Shown here one piece after another: positions 8,656 through 17,715 of a stretch of DNA of 64,000 nucleotides. Made by a program: the position numbers and the translations under genes. The DNA comes from Minisyncoccota bacterium (lineage in GTDB: Bacteria; Patescibacteriota; Minisyncoccia; Phycocordibacterales; JABAAK01): assembly GCA_965204115.1 (NCBI GenBank), contig OZ241963.1:468622-532621 (forward strand), in the 5' to 3' direction. Positions within the stretch are counted from its first letter, which is position 1. The number at the start of each line of letters is the position of its first letter. Under the pieces are notes generated by a model. It made no database searches, was not told the DNA's origin, and saw only the letters and a list, made by a program, of their open reading frames with translations.

Positions 8656-10377
8656 ATGACAAATGCTGACAAACCGAGAAATGTGCTTGTTGCAATGGCG
8701 TGGCCGTATGCCAATGGCTCCTTGCACTTGGGGCATATCGCTTCGTTTGCGGGGGCGGATGTGTTGGCGCGGTACCACCGACTGAAAGGGGACAGGGTGT
8801 TGTTTGTTTCGGGGAGTGATTGCTACGGCACCCCTATCGCACTTGAGGCACTTGCGCAGGGTGTTACGCCTGAATCCATTGCTGAAAAATACCATACGGA
8901 GTTTTGCAGCACTTTCGGTGATGTTTCTTTTTCATTTGATTTATATACGAAAACCACCACGCCGGAGCATCAGAAGGTGGTGCAGGATATTTTTTTAACC
9001 CTCCATAAGGCAGGGGACATCTATACCAAAACTGAGAAAGCGTTGTACTCCCCGGCGCTGCAGCGATTTTTACCGGATCGGTTTGTGGAGGGAGCTTGCC
9101 CGTATTGCGGGTTTGATGGTGCGCGTGGGGATCAGTGTGATGGATGCGGGAAACTCCTTGATCCGCTCTTACTGAAAAATCCTCGGGCGAATCCGAAAAT
9201 ACTCAAAGAGAAGGATGTCTCTGATCACTCTCTGGAAGTGCGGGAATCAGAGCAGTTCTATTTAAAACTCACTGCGTTTCAGCAGCAGCTTGAGCAGTGG
9301 GTTGGTTCCGTGAGTGATGCATGGCGCGTGCAGGCGGCGCAGTTCACGAAAGGGTTTTTGAAACAAGGGCTGCACGACCGCGCAATTACCCGCGATACCG
9401 ACTGGGGAGTGCCGATACCACTTGACGGGTATGGAGGGAAGCGGATTTATGTTTGGTTTGAGGCGGTGTTGGGGTATCTTTCCGCGGCGCAGCACTGCAC
9501 GCAGAGTCGAGATGGTGCAGATGAGTGGAAGCAGTGGTTCCTCTCTGATGATGCGGTGCATTACTATGTGCATGGCAAGGACAATGTGCCGTTTCACAGC
9601 ATTATTCTGCCGGCGATACTCATGGGTGCAGGGGAATACCATTTGCCGGACAGGTTATTTTCTTCCGAATACCTGACCCTTGAAGGTGAGCAGTTTTCAA
9701 CCAGCCGTGGGCATGCGGTGTGGGTCCCTGATTTTTTGAAAGATTTTGACTCTGAGCTGCTGCGATACTATATGCTTGCGCAAGGTCCTGAGACCGCTGA
9801 TGCCGATTTTCGCTGGACGGAGTTCGGGCAGATGGTGAACGGGGAACTCATCGGCACTTTCGGCAATTTGGTGAACAGAATCTGCGCCTTTACGCAGAAA
9901 AATTTTCCTGACGGGGTTTCGTGCGACGGCACACTTAATGATTCCGCGAAACAGCTGCTTGCGTCTGTTGAAAAAGGGTTTTCGGTTGTCGGTGCGCATA
10001 TAGAAGCGGGGCAGTTTCGTCAAGGGTTTCGTGAGATTCTGAAAATTGCTGAATCGGCAAACCGTTTTGCGCATGATAGAGAGCCGTGGAAGCATTTGGA
10101 TGACACGCAGCGTGTACATACGGATGTGTCTGTATTACTGCACACCATCCACAATCTCGCGCTTTTGGCGCAGCCGTTCCTGCCGAAGACCTCTATGGTG
10201 ATACAGGGCTTTTTTGGCGTTGACCCTGTCGGGAGTGAATCCGGTATGTTGCACACCACTCCCGCATGGCGATACCGCACCCTGCTGCAAACCTTTGTGC
10301 TGCAGGGTGTTAAGCCGCTCTTTGCCAAGATTGAAGATGCGGCTATACAGGCGCAGGCGGAAAAGCTTACAAAATAA
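8656..10377 (+). CDS. metG: Methionyl-tRNA synthetase
   Basis: AWPYANGSLHLGH (HIGH), Zn knuckle CPYC..GDQCDGC, YVWFEA, GKDNVPFH, QFSTS (KMSKS variant). Confidence 0.97.
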   Translation: MTNADKPRNVLVAMAWPYANGSLHLGHIASFAGADVLARYHRLKGDRVLFVSGSDCYGTPIALEALAQGVTPESIAEKYHTEFCSTFGDVSFSFDLYTKTTTPEHQKVVQDIFLTLHKAGDIYTKTEKALYSPALQRFLPDRFVEGACPYCGFDGARGDQCDGCGKLLDPLLLKNPRANPKILKEKDVSDHSLEVRESEQFYLKLTAFQQQLEQWVGSVSDAWRVQAAQFTKGFLKQGLHDRAITRDTDWGVPIPLDGYGGKRIYVWFEAVLGYLSAAQHCTQSRDGADEWKQWFLSDDAVHYYVHGKDNVPFHSIILPAILMGAGEYHLPDRLFSSEYLTLEGEQFSTSRGHAVWVPDFLKDFDSELLRYYMLAQGPETADADFRWTEFGQMVNGELIGTFGNLVNRICAFTQKNFPDGVSCDGTLNDSAKQLLASVEKGFSVVGAHIEAGQFRQGFREILKIAESANRFAHDREPWKHLDDTQRVHTDVSVLLHTIHNLALLAQPFLPKTSMVIQGFFGVDPVGSESGMLHTTPAWRYRTLLQTFVLQGVKPLFAKIEDAAIQAQAEKLTK

Positions 10378-10457
10378 CCTATATTTACGGTATATATTGA
10401 TTTTTTCTCTATTTTTTGTATAATATACTCACCAATGTAAGTGTAAGGAGGCTTCTT

Positions 10458-10889
10458 ATGGTTTTACGAGCTGGTTTGCTGTTTCTGGTTCTGCTGGTTC
10501 TATCCGGGGTTTCAGGGTGTGCATTCTTCGGAGTTGGGGAAAGCGATGTCGCTATTACTCCATCCTCCTCTCCCGCCCCGCTCCCTTTGATTCCGTTGGC
10601 AGCACAGCCGGAAATTCGCATCACTCTTGTTAAGCAAGATGACTTCGGCGCGAATCTCCTGCTCGCGTCTGATTGGGCATTGAGGGAGGATGTGTGGGTA
10701 TACCTGCGTATATCCTCGGCAGACACGGACGGAGATATTTTTAAGGTGTTTGTTCCGGCTGGGGGGCGTGGTAGGCCTATCGCCTTCCCTCGAGAGCTAT
10801 TCTTATCAACGCCCACCTCGGTGCAGGTTTTCCCCTGCCAAGACGAGTGTTATAAGCCGGTGGGGGAGCCGGTGTCTTTGTTTAATTAA
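10458..10889 (+). CDS. Putative lipoprotein
   Basis: AAGGAGG before ATG, hydrophobic leader ending VSG-C. Confidence 0.6.
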   Translation: MVLRAGLLFLVLLVLSGVSGCAFFGVGESDVAITPSSSPAPLPLIPLAAQPEIRITLVKQDDFGANLLLASDWALREDVWVYLRISSADTDGDIFKVFVPAGGRGRPIAFPRELFLSTPTSVQVFPCQDECYKPVGEPVSLFN

Positions 10890-10901
10890 CTTCAACCTTT
10901 T

Positions 10902-10926
10902 AGAGGATGTCCTTGTGACATCCTCT
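10902..10926 (+). terminator. Intrinsic terminator
   Basis: AGAGGATGTC-cttgt-GACATCCTCT followed by T-run. Confidence 0.75.
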
Positions 10927-10979
10927 TTTTGTTTTTATACCGATTTTTTATCACCCTGCTTTCGTGGTATACTATCCCT

Positions 10980-11561
10980 ATGAAGAATTTAGTTATCCCA
11001 ACCGTTATAGAGCAGACAAGTACCGGGACGCGGGCGTATGATATTTACTCCCGATTGCTGAATGACCGGATTATTTTTCTCGGCGGTCCGATTGATGATC
11101 AGGTCGCCAACCTCATCGTGGCACAAATGCTTTTGCTGGACTCACAGAGCAAAGATAAGCCGATATATCTGTATATCAATTCGCCGGGTGGCTCAGTAAC
11201 GGCGGCTATGGCCATCCTTGATACGATGAATCATGTGAAGGCAGGTGTTTCAACGGTGTGTGTTGGATTGGCGGCTTCTGCAGGAGCGGTGATTCTTTCG
11301 GCAGGAGAACCGGGGCGTCGGTCGGCGCTGCGTAATGCTGAGGTTATGATACACCAGCCGCATGGCGGTGTTGAGGGGCAGGTGTCTGATATTACCATTG
11401 CGGCGAAGCGAATGCACGATGTTCGGGCGCGGTTAAACAAGATACTGGCAAAGAATACCGGTAAAACTGTGCAGCAGGTAGCGGAGGATGTGGAGCGGGA
11501 TAAATATATGATTGCCGACGAAGCTAAGAAATATGGGATAATAGACAAAATCCACGCTTGA
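10980..11561 (+). CDS. clpP: ATP-dependent Clp protease proteolytic subunit
   Basis: [34 protein letters not shown]. Confidence 0.97.
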   Translation: MKNLVIPTVIEQTSTGTRAYDIYSRLLNDRIIFLGGPIDDQVANLIVAQMLLLDSQSKDKPIYLYINSPGGSVTAAMAILDTMNHVKAGVSTVCVGLAASAGAVILSAGEPGRRSALRNAEVMIHQPHGGVEGQVSDITIAAKRMHDVRARLNKILAKNTGKTVQQVAEDVERDKYMIADEAKKYGIIDKIHA

Positions 11562-11658
11562 TGGCATTGTACCGGACGGCAGTTTGCCCCCTTTTTTCTT
11601 TGGTATACTGTTTGTGGGCGAGAGCCCTCTTTATTTAATCAGAAAATAAAACATAGCT

Positions 11659-11934
11659 ATGAATAAGGCAAGTTTAGTAGAAAATTTGCAGACGGAACAT
11701 GATTTGACGAAGGCGCAAGCAGAGCAAGTTGCTGAGGGTCTTTTTGATTCCATCGTGAAAGAGGTTGCGAAAGGTGGAACTGTCTCAATTGCCGGTTTTG
11801 GAATCTTTGAGGCGAAGAAGCGAGCGGCACGAATGGGGCGAAATCCGAAGACCGGAGAAGCGATTCAGATCAAGGCATCAACCAATCCGAAATTCCGACC
11901 TGCGAAGGCATTTAAAGATGCTGTTAATTCGTAA
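11659..11934 (+). CDS. hup: HU family DNA-binding protein
   Basis: MNKASLV, IAGFGIF, RAARMGRNPKTGE, PKFRPAKAFKDAV. Confidence 0.96.
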   Translation: MNKASLVENLQTEHDLTKAQAEQVAEGLFDSIVKEVAKGGTVSIAGFGIFEAKKRAARMGRNPKTGEAIQIKASTNPKFRPAKAFKDAVNS

Positions 11935-11953
11935 AAGAAGGAGCATATATGCA

Positions 11954-11990
11954 AAATAAACGGCAGTCGCACAGCGACTGCCGTTTATTT
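11954..11990 (+). terminator. Perfect 17-bp inverted repeat after HU gene
   Basis: AAATAAACGGCAGTCGC-aca-GCGACTGCCGTTTATTT. Confidence 0.8.
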
Positions 11991-12008
11991 ATGCTGTATA
12001 CTATACCT

Positions 12009-12602
12009 ATGCAAGAGTATCAGCCGAAAGATTTTTCTCTGCCGACCATAGCAGGTATTTCTGACAAAACGATTGAGACCCACCTCGGGCTGTATACGGG
12101 GTATGTTACGAATCTCAACACCCAGTATCAAAAAATCAAGGAGCTTTGTCAGCAGGATGGGGACACTATGGCGGCTGTGTCGGCGATTACTCGAAGGATT
12201 CCGTTTGAGCTCGCCGGCGTTGTTAATCACGAGCAGTATTTCGGCGCACTCGAAAATGGGCCGGCACCGCTCAGCACCTCAAGCACATTCGGCGCACTGG
12301 TGCAGGAACAGTTCGGCTCGCTCGACGGGTTGAAGCAGGGAATACAGCAGACCGCCGCCGCGATGCGCGGAATCGGCTGGGTGATGGTTGTCTATGACAG
12401 CACCCGTAAAGCACTGCATATCTATTGGGTCGTTGACCATGAGTTAGGTAATGTCAATCTGCCGGCTGTGGTTGCGCTTGATATGTGGGAGCACTCGTAT
12501 ATGCTTGATTACCTGCCATCTGACAAAGGGAAGTATGTTGAGGCGTATCTGGAGGCAATCAACTGGCAGTATGTTGAGCGGCGGTTTGACATGCTTCAGT
12601 AG
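12009..12602 (+). CDS. Fe/Mn superoxide dismutase family
   Basis: ETH..LYTGYVTNLN, NHEQYF, GIGWV, LDMWEHSYMLDY. Confidence 0.92.
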   Translation: MQEYQPKDFSLPTIAGISDKTIETHLGLYTGYVTNLNTQYQKIKELCQQDGDTMAAVSAITRRIPFELAGVVNHEQYFGALENGPAPLSTSSTFGALVQEQFGSLDGLKQGIQQTAAAMRGIGWVMVVYDSTRKALHIYWVVDHELGNVNLPAVVALDMWEHSYMLDYLPSDKGKYVEAYLEAINWQYVERRFDMLQ

Positions 12603-13270
12603 TGCTGCTGCTGATCCACTATTCTTTTTGCTGATATGGTGAGCGCATCGGTGCTTTTTTGTTGTGTCTCTTTGAGGTAAGCGTTTGTTATGGCAAAGCC
12701 GACAATGAACGCGGCGGAAGGGGGTATGTTTTCCTCCTTATTACCCCAAAACCACTTCTCAATGTCCTGTGCGGATTCGGTGCACTCTCCCTTCATTTTC
12801 TCCCAAAGCCGTCTTATTTCTCGGTCGGCCATTTGTGTCAGGTGTCGTTTCGTGCTCAGTATCATTTTTTCAACAACAAACCTTTCTGATAGCCCCTCAT
12901 TGACAACCTCTTCGAGCAGCCCGCAGTCCGCATCTAGCCCCCTGTGATGTGCGCGGGCAGTTGCATATATGCTGCGATAGAGGTGTTCGGTGATGGCATG
13001 CACTGCCGCATCGTCTGTGATGGCTATTTTTTCGTGCAGTTTTTCGGCATTTACAAAGAGGTATACCGTGTTTTGGTCGTATGGAAACCCGAGTATACTC
13101 TCGTCGGCTCGTGTTTTGTGCTGATTGACAGAAATCAGCACCTCGCATTCCGGCAGGTTGAGTTCGCGGTGCACCTCTCGGTAGACCTGTTCAACTGCCT
13201 GTGAAACAGCGTCCTGTGCCTCATTGCTGAGCGCTGCTGTTTCGCTTTTTAGAAAGCGCACTTCGTACAT
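12596..13270 (-). CDS. DUF2268-like putative Zn-protease fold, degenerate HEXXH
   Basis: LLEEVVNEGLSERFV, KWFWG..IPP.AAF.VGFAI resemble DUF2268; zinc motif position reads HLYRS. Confidence 0.6.
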   Translation of the reverse strand: MYEVRFLKSETAALSNEAQDAVSQAVEQVYREVHRELNLPECEVLISVNQHKTRADESILGFPYDQNTVYLFVNAEKLHEKIAITDDAAVHAITEHLYRSIYATARAHHRGLDADCGLLEEVVNEGLSERFVVEKMILSTKRHLTQMADREIRRLWEKMKGECTESAQDIEKWFWGNKEENIPPSAAFIVGFAITNAYLKETQQKSTDALTISAKRIVDQQQHY

Positions 13271-13376
13271 TATCTCCATGATACCAAATATCACGAAAGA
13301 TGTCCGCTGACAAGACGCTTGTCGAAATCGTTTCTGTGTGTCGTAGGAGGTGTAGGAACAATGTTATAGTATCACT

Positions 13377-16300
13377 ATGGATAAGTATGCTCGTTCTTTT
13401 CGGCAGGGGTTACGGCGTCCGATTTTGCTACTACTACTGCTTATTATGTCTTTTGTTTTTTATGCGACGACGCATGACACTTCTCGGGAAGGAGGTTCTA
13501 CTGTGTCGTATGCACAGTCGTCGACTTCTCGTGCCGCGTGGTTGGTAAAATCGTTTATTTGGAGTCGGGATGTGAATGCCTGGGCGCGGACGAACTGCAC
13601 TATGACAATCGGTGGGTTGGGTGCCACGGTGCTTGCTGCTTCAAGTCAGTCATATTGCAGCAACACCAGTTATGCAAACTTGAGTTTTCTGCAGTACTAC
13701 CATGACATTGATCCGGATGACACAACGCCGAACAATCGTTCTGATGATGTGTACGGCAAGATCAAAGGGCGTGCGTGGTCGCCGTTCTATGGAGTTATAT
13801 ACTTTGACCCCTCTGATTTTCCTTCCGCCGGTGCCGGTGCGTCCTGCTACGGGCTGACCGGGAATGATCGGCAGCCGCGGATAGAGCGACCCGAAGGCGG
13901 TAATGTGCGGATAGTCGGTTGTGCGTATGTGCCGCTTTTGCGTGATTATATTCTTTTCAACAGGTCCGGCGCGACGCATTCCGCTATGCCTTCTTCTTCC
14001 GAGTGGGGCGGGGTGCATGTTCTCACGGTGGAGAATGTTGCCAGTGCGTACCTCGTGCTGCGTGGTTGCGCGTGGTCAGCGTCAAATGGTTTTTGGGCAT
14101 TCGGATCGAACCAATCTTCTACCTCAGATGGCAAACAGAATTGTCTGCCGTCGGGACATAACACCAAGCTTAAAGCAGTGCTCCCTGAATCACGCATCGG
14201 CAGCCGCGGTGGTGTTTCGATTACAGTGAGTCCGACTCGCACCACCCTAAAAATCGGGCAGGAGGTTAGGTATCAGTACTTATGTCCTTCCGGGTATAAT
14301 ACCCCTACGCTTCGTATCGGCTCTCGGATTATTTCTACCGCCCTCGCACTTTTTCGTGGCTATCATAGTGAGATTTTCACTGACTCCGTGAGCGACCTCC
14401 TCCTTACCTGCACCGATGGCACTAATGTTTTCACCTCAGACCGCTCCTCTTCCGGTGCGATTGCTCCCTCGACTCAGAATTCTTTCTTTATTTCCTCATT
14501 TGCGGTTACTCCGTCTGTGCTCACTGAAGGCGGCTTTGTTTCATTCGGCGGCTTTGTGAGTAATCAGGGCAGTTTTGCGGATAGGGTTCCTGTTGACACT
14601 GCTACCGGGCACTGCGATAATACTCAGCGATATGGGTGTATTTACGGCGTTGCGAATGAAACGGTGATTGACGATAGTGATTCGTTGTATTATCAGTGGC
14701 GATGTGATGGGGTGGGCAATGCGGCACATTCAGGAATTTGTCAGATTCCGAAGGATTCTTCTCCTGCCGGTCTTTGTGATAATACTGTTCGCAATGGCTG
14801 CATGGTCGGCACTCCTAACGACGCTGCGGTTGTTGATATCCCTGCCTATTACCGTTGGCAGTGTGATGGTGTTAATGGTGGCAAGAACTCCGGTGCCTGT
14901 CAGTTTTCTACAAAGGCTGTTCTTGGTAATGAGGGCTACTGCACTATTACGAACAAGATTACCAAGCAGGAGATAAAGCGATTTGATGTTGACGGTATCA
15001 ATGTGGGTATCCCCGGTACTGATGTGGCAGTGCGGGATGCCGTGTATGATTTGCAGTGTCGGTATAAGAGGTTTAAGAGTGACGGAACTTTTGAAAAATG
15101 GCAGTCAGTTTCTGCCCCCCCTGTTACGGTGAAGGTTTTGCCGAGAAGTGTTTCTGAACGGAATGTTTCCGGTGCCGTTGACCCGCCGGTTTTTTCTGTT
15201 TCTAATGATACTGTTTCGGTGACCATCCCTCCCGGCGCTGCTATGGTGTATGTGTACCGTCTTAACCCTGCTTCTTCGAGCCAGGTTTCCCCAAGATCGT
15301 TGTACAAAATTTTTGTTGATCGTGATGCTGTTGAGCTGAGCAACAGTGAAACTGTTGATGAGCTGAAAGTGCGACTGTTTGAGTCTGCTGTGCGGAGTAG
15401 GGTAGTGGTGGTCGGTTCCCGCTCCGGAGGTATCACCAAATCTGCGGCCATCGGCAAGTCGCTGGTTGCTGCTGCACGAACCGTGAGCGGTGTATGGAGT
15501 CAGCAGACCGCATATACTTTCTCAGCTGATGGTTCCTGCGATGAATCGCTGCGCAATGGTTGCATTGTCGGTGCTGCCAATGATGAGGCGCTTGATGACT
15601 CCTCTACACACTATAGATGGCGATGTGATGGAATTGGTGGTGGGCGAGATTCTGTTGCTTGTGAAATACACAAGCCAATTGACGGCGGTTGGAGTGACTG
15701 GGCGTTATCTCCGGATGCTGTTCCTTGCGCAAATCCATTTACCCAGACAAGGGCTTGCAACAATCCGACACCGGCACACGGTGGTGTCGGATGTTCCGGC
15801 TCTTCAAGTCGTCCGAGTGTTGGGACGCAGTGTCGGTATAATGAGGTTTGCAGATATGGCTCTTGCGAGTTGTTGCCGTTCCTGTGTCCGGCAGGTTCTG
15901 TAGGTCCGAGTCCTGAGGTTACATATTGGGAGGTCGGAAGTCACAGATGTCTTTGGCGTGCGCCGAATAGGCAACCCACTCTCCCTGGTGCTTGGAGAGG
16001 GGATCGTTATACACTTCGTGCAAACACTGTTGTTAAAGGTGGCTATGAGGGATTTGGTTCGTTGGTGTTTGAGTGTCGAGGCTCCTATGATGATGTCAAG
16101 CGTTCTAATTGGAAGACGGTAGCCACCAATTGTGGTCCGGTTAGTACTGCTTGTGATACAGCGATACGCAACGGCTGCTTTGCCGGTACCGCTGTGGAAC
16201 TTGCCAGTTCTTCTACGCATTATAAATGGCGATGTGATGGGGTTGTTGGTGAGGTGTCTGTTGCCTGTGAGAAGCACTTGCCAGTTGACGGTGATTGGGG

Positions 16301-16676
16301 TGATTGGACACCGTCTGCGGATACCGTTGCTTGTGGAACTTCATTTGCTCAGACGAGGTCTTGTGATAGTCCGGCGCCGGCATATGGTGGTGTGGCGTGT
16401 TCCGGTTCTCCAAATCGCCGGGGTGTTGGGGAGCAGTGTTCGTCCGGTCGGGTTTGTGAGAACAATGTGTGTGTTTTGCAGTGTAGTAAAAAACGGATTG
16501 ATAGAACTTTAACCGGAGGTGGGGGTGCGATATGTCCATTCCAGGCCGAAGAGGTCCCTGTCGGACGAGGCACTTATACACTCAGGTCAAAAATTACTAA
16601 GTGGGGAACTGGTTCTATCGTGTTTGAGTGTAGAGATTCGGGGTGGGTTGAGGTGAGTAATGAATGTACCAGATAA
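13377..16676 (+). CDS. Large secreted Cys-rich modular surface protein with two thrombospondin type-1-like repeats
   Basis: N-terminal hydrophobic leader; four CD...R.GC..G.....Y.WRCDG modules; DGGWSDW..TQTRACNNPTPAHGGVGCSG and DGDWGDW..AQTRSCDSPAPAYGGVACSG. Confidence 0.85.
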   Translation: MDKYARSFRQGLRRPILLLLLLIMSFVFYATTHDTSREGGSTVSYAQSSTSRAAWLVKSFIWSRDVNAWARTNCTMTIGGLGATVLAASSQSYCSNTSYANLSFLQYYHDIDPDDTTPNNRSDDVYGKIKGRAWSPFYGVIYFDPSDFPSAGAGASCYGLTGNDRQPRIERPEGGNVRIVGCAYVPLLRDYILFNRSGATHSAMPSSSEWGGVHVLTVENVASAYLVLRGCAWSASNGFWAFGSNQSSTSDGKQNCLPSGHNTKLKAVLPESRIGSRGGVSITVSPTRTTLKIGQEVRYQYLCPSGYNTPTLRIGSRIISTALALFRGYHSEIFTDSVSDLLLTCTDGTNVFTSDRSSSGAIAPSTQNSFFISSFAVTPSVLTEGGFVSFGGFVSNQGSFADRVPVDTATGHCDNTQRYGCIYGVANETVIDDSDSLYYQWRCDGVGNAAHSGICQIPKDSSPAGLCDNTVRNGCMVGTPNDAAVVDIPAYYRWQCDGVNGGKNSGACQFSTKAVLGNEGYCTITNKITKQEIKRFDVDGINVGIPGTDVAVRDAVYDLQCRYKRFKSDGTFEKWQSVSAPPVTVKVLPRSVSERNVSGAVDPPVFSVSNDTVSVTIPPGAAMVYVYRLNPASSSQVSPRSLYKIFVDRDAVELSNSETVDELKVRLFESAVRSRVVVVGSRSGGITKSAAIGKSLVAAARTVSGVWSQQTAYTFSADGSCDESLRNGCIVGAANDEALDDSSTHYRWRCDGIGGGRDSVACEIHKPIDGGWSDWALSPDAVPCANPFTQTRACNNPTPAHGGVGCSGSSSRPSVGTQCRYNEVCRYGSCELLPFLCPAGSVGPSPEVTYWEVGSHRCLWRAPNRQPTLPGAWRGDRYTLRANTVVKGGYEGFGSLVFECRGSYDDVKRSNWKTVATNCGPVSTACDTAIRNGCFAGTAVELASSSTHYKWRCDGVVGEVSVACEKHLPVDGDWGDWTPSADTVACGTSFAQTRSCDSPAPAYGGVACSGSPNRRGVGEQCSSGRVCENNVCVLQCSKKRIDRTLTGGGGAICPFQAEEVPVGRGTYTLRSKITKWGTGSIVFECRDSGWVEVSNECTR

Positions 16677-16714
16677 TGAATGTTTCCATTGACGCCTCGC
16701 AACCTTACTGCAGA

Positions 16715-17069
<355 letters not shown>

Positions 17070-17101
17070 AAAGTATATGATACCGCATCCTCCGTCTCGG
17101 G

Positions 17102-17644
17102 CTATATAATCATTGCAGTCAGGTAATCCATAGGAGTCGGTCCCAGATCCTCCTCTTTCGGAACCTCAAGTTTTGTGAGTGCGTGTTCTATATCCTGTAT
17201 GTTGACATCATAGATAGGGATTATTTCGTTGATGTTGACCACCCTTTCTATCTTAAGGATGAGGCGCGCGCGATTGCCCGGGTCGTCTATGATGTTAAAT
17301 CCTTTGATGCGGTCTGTTTCCACGAAGTCGTCGTCCATAAATAAGCCGATAGGGGTTATATTGAAGAGCATGTGTCTCGGCTCTTTCCGTATGGTGCCTA
17401 CGATGGTCACCGTCGCAAGGGCGAGCAGTGCGCCGAATATATAGTTTTTTATGATGATTGCCAGCAGTATTGCTCCTATACCGACGATAATGATGAGCAA
17501 CTCCTTGTCTTTCGTGTATGTTTTCTTTTCCTCAGTGAATTGCCACTTAACGAGAGATTCCATGTTTTCCGTTACGGAAGGTTTTTGATCGGGGGATTCT
17601 TGATTCTTTGTTTTTTCTGTTACTGTTTCTTGTTTCATACGCAT
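17102..17644 (-). CDS. Hypothetical membrane protein (2 TM)
   Basis: VKWQFTE, two TM helices, then ITPIGL..IKGFNI; TATACT 8 nt before ATG. Confidence 0.75.
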   Translation of the reverse strand: MRMKQETVTEKTKNQESPDQKPSVTENMESLVKWQFTEEKKTYTKDKELLIIIVGIGAILLAIIIKNYIFGALLALATVTIVGTIRKEPRHMLFNITPIGLFMDDDFVETDRIKGFNIIDDPGNRARLILKIERVVNINEIIPIYDVNIQDIEHALTKLEVPKEEDLGPTPMDYLTAMII

Positions 17645-17715
17645 ATGTAGGCAGTATACACCGTTCATACACACCAGCCGCTCGTTTTGTAATTGGTGGT
17701 ATACTGCTGTTATAT

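Noticed and set aside
8263-10377. Split MetRS as a novelty
   Set aside because: Free-standing tRNA-binding domains alongside short MetRS are already well known
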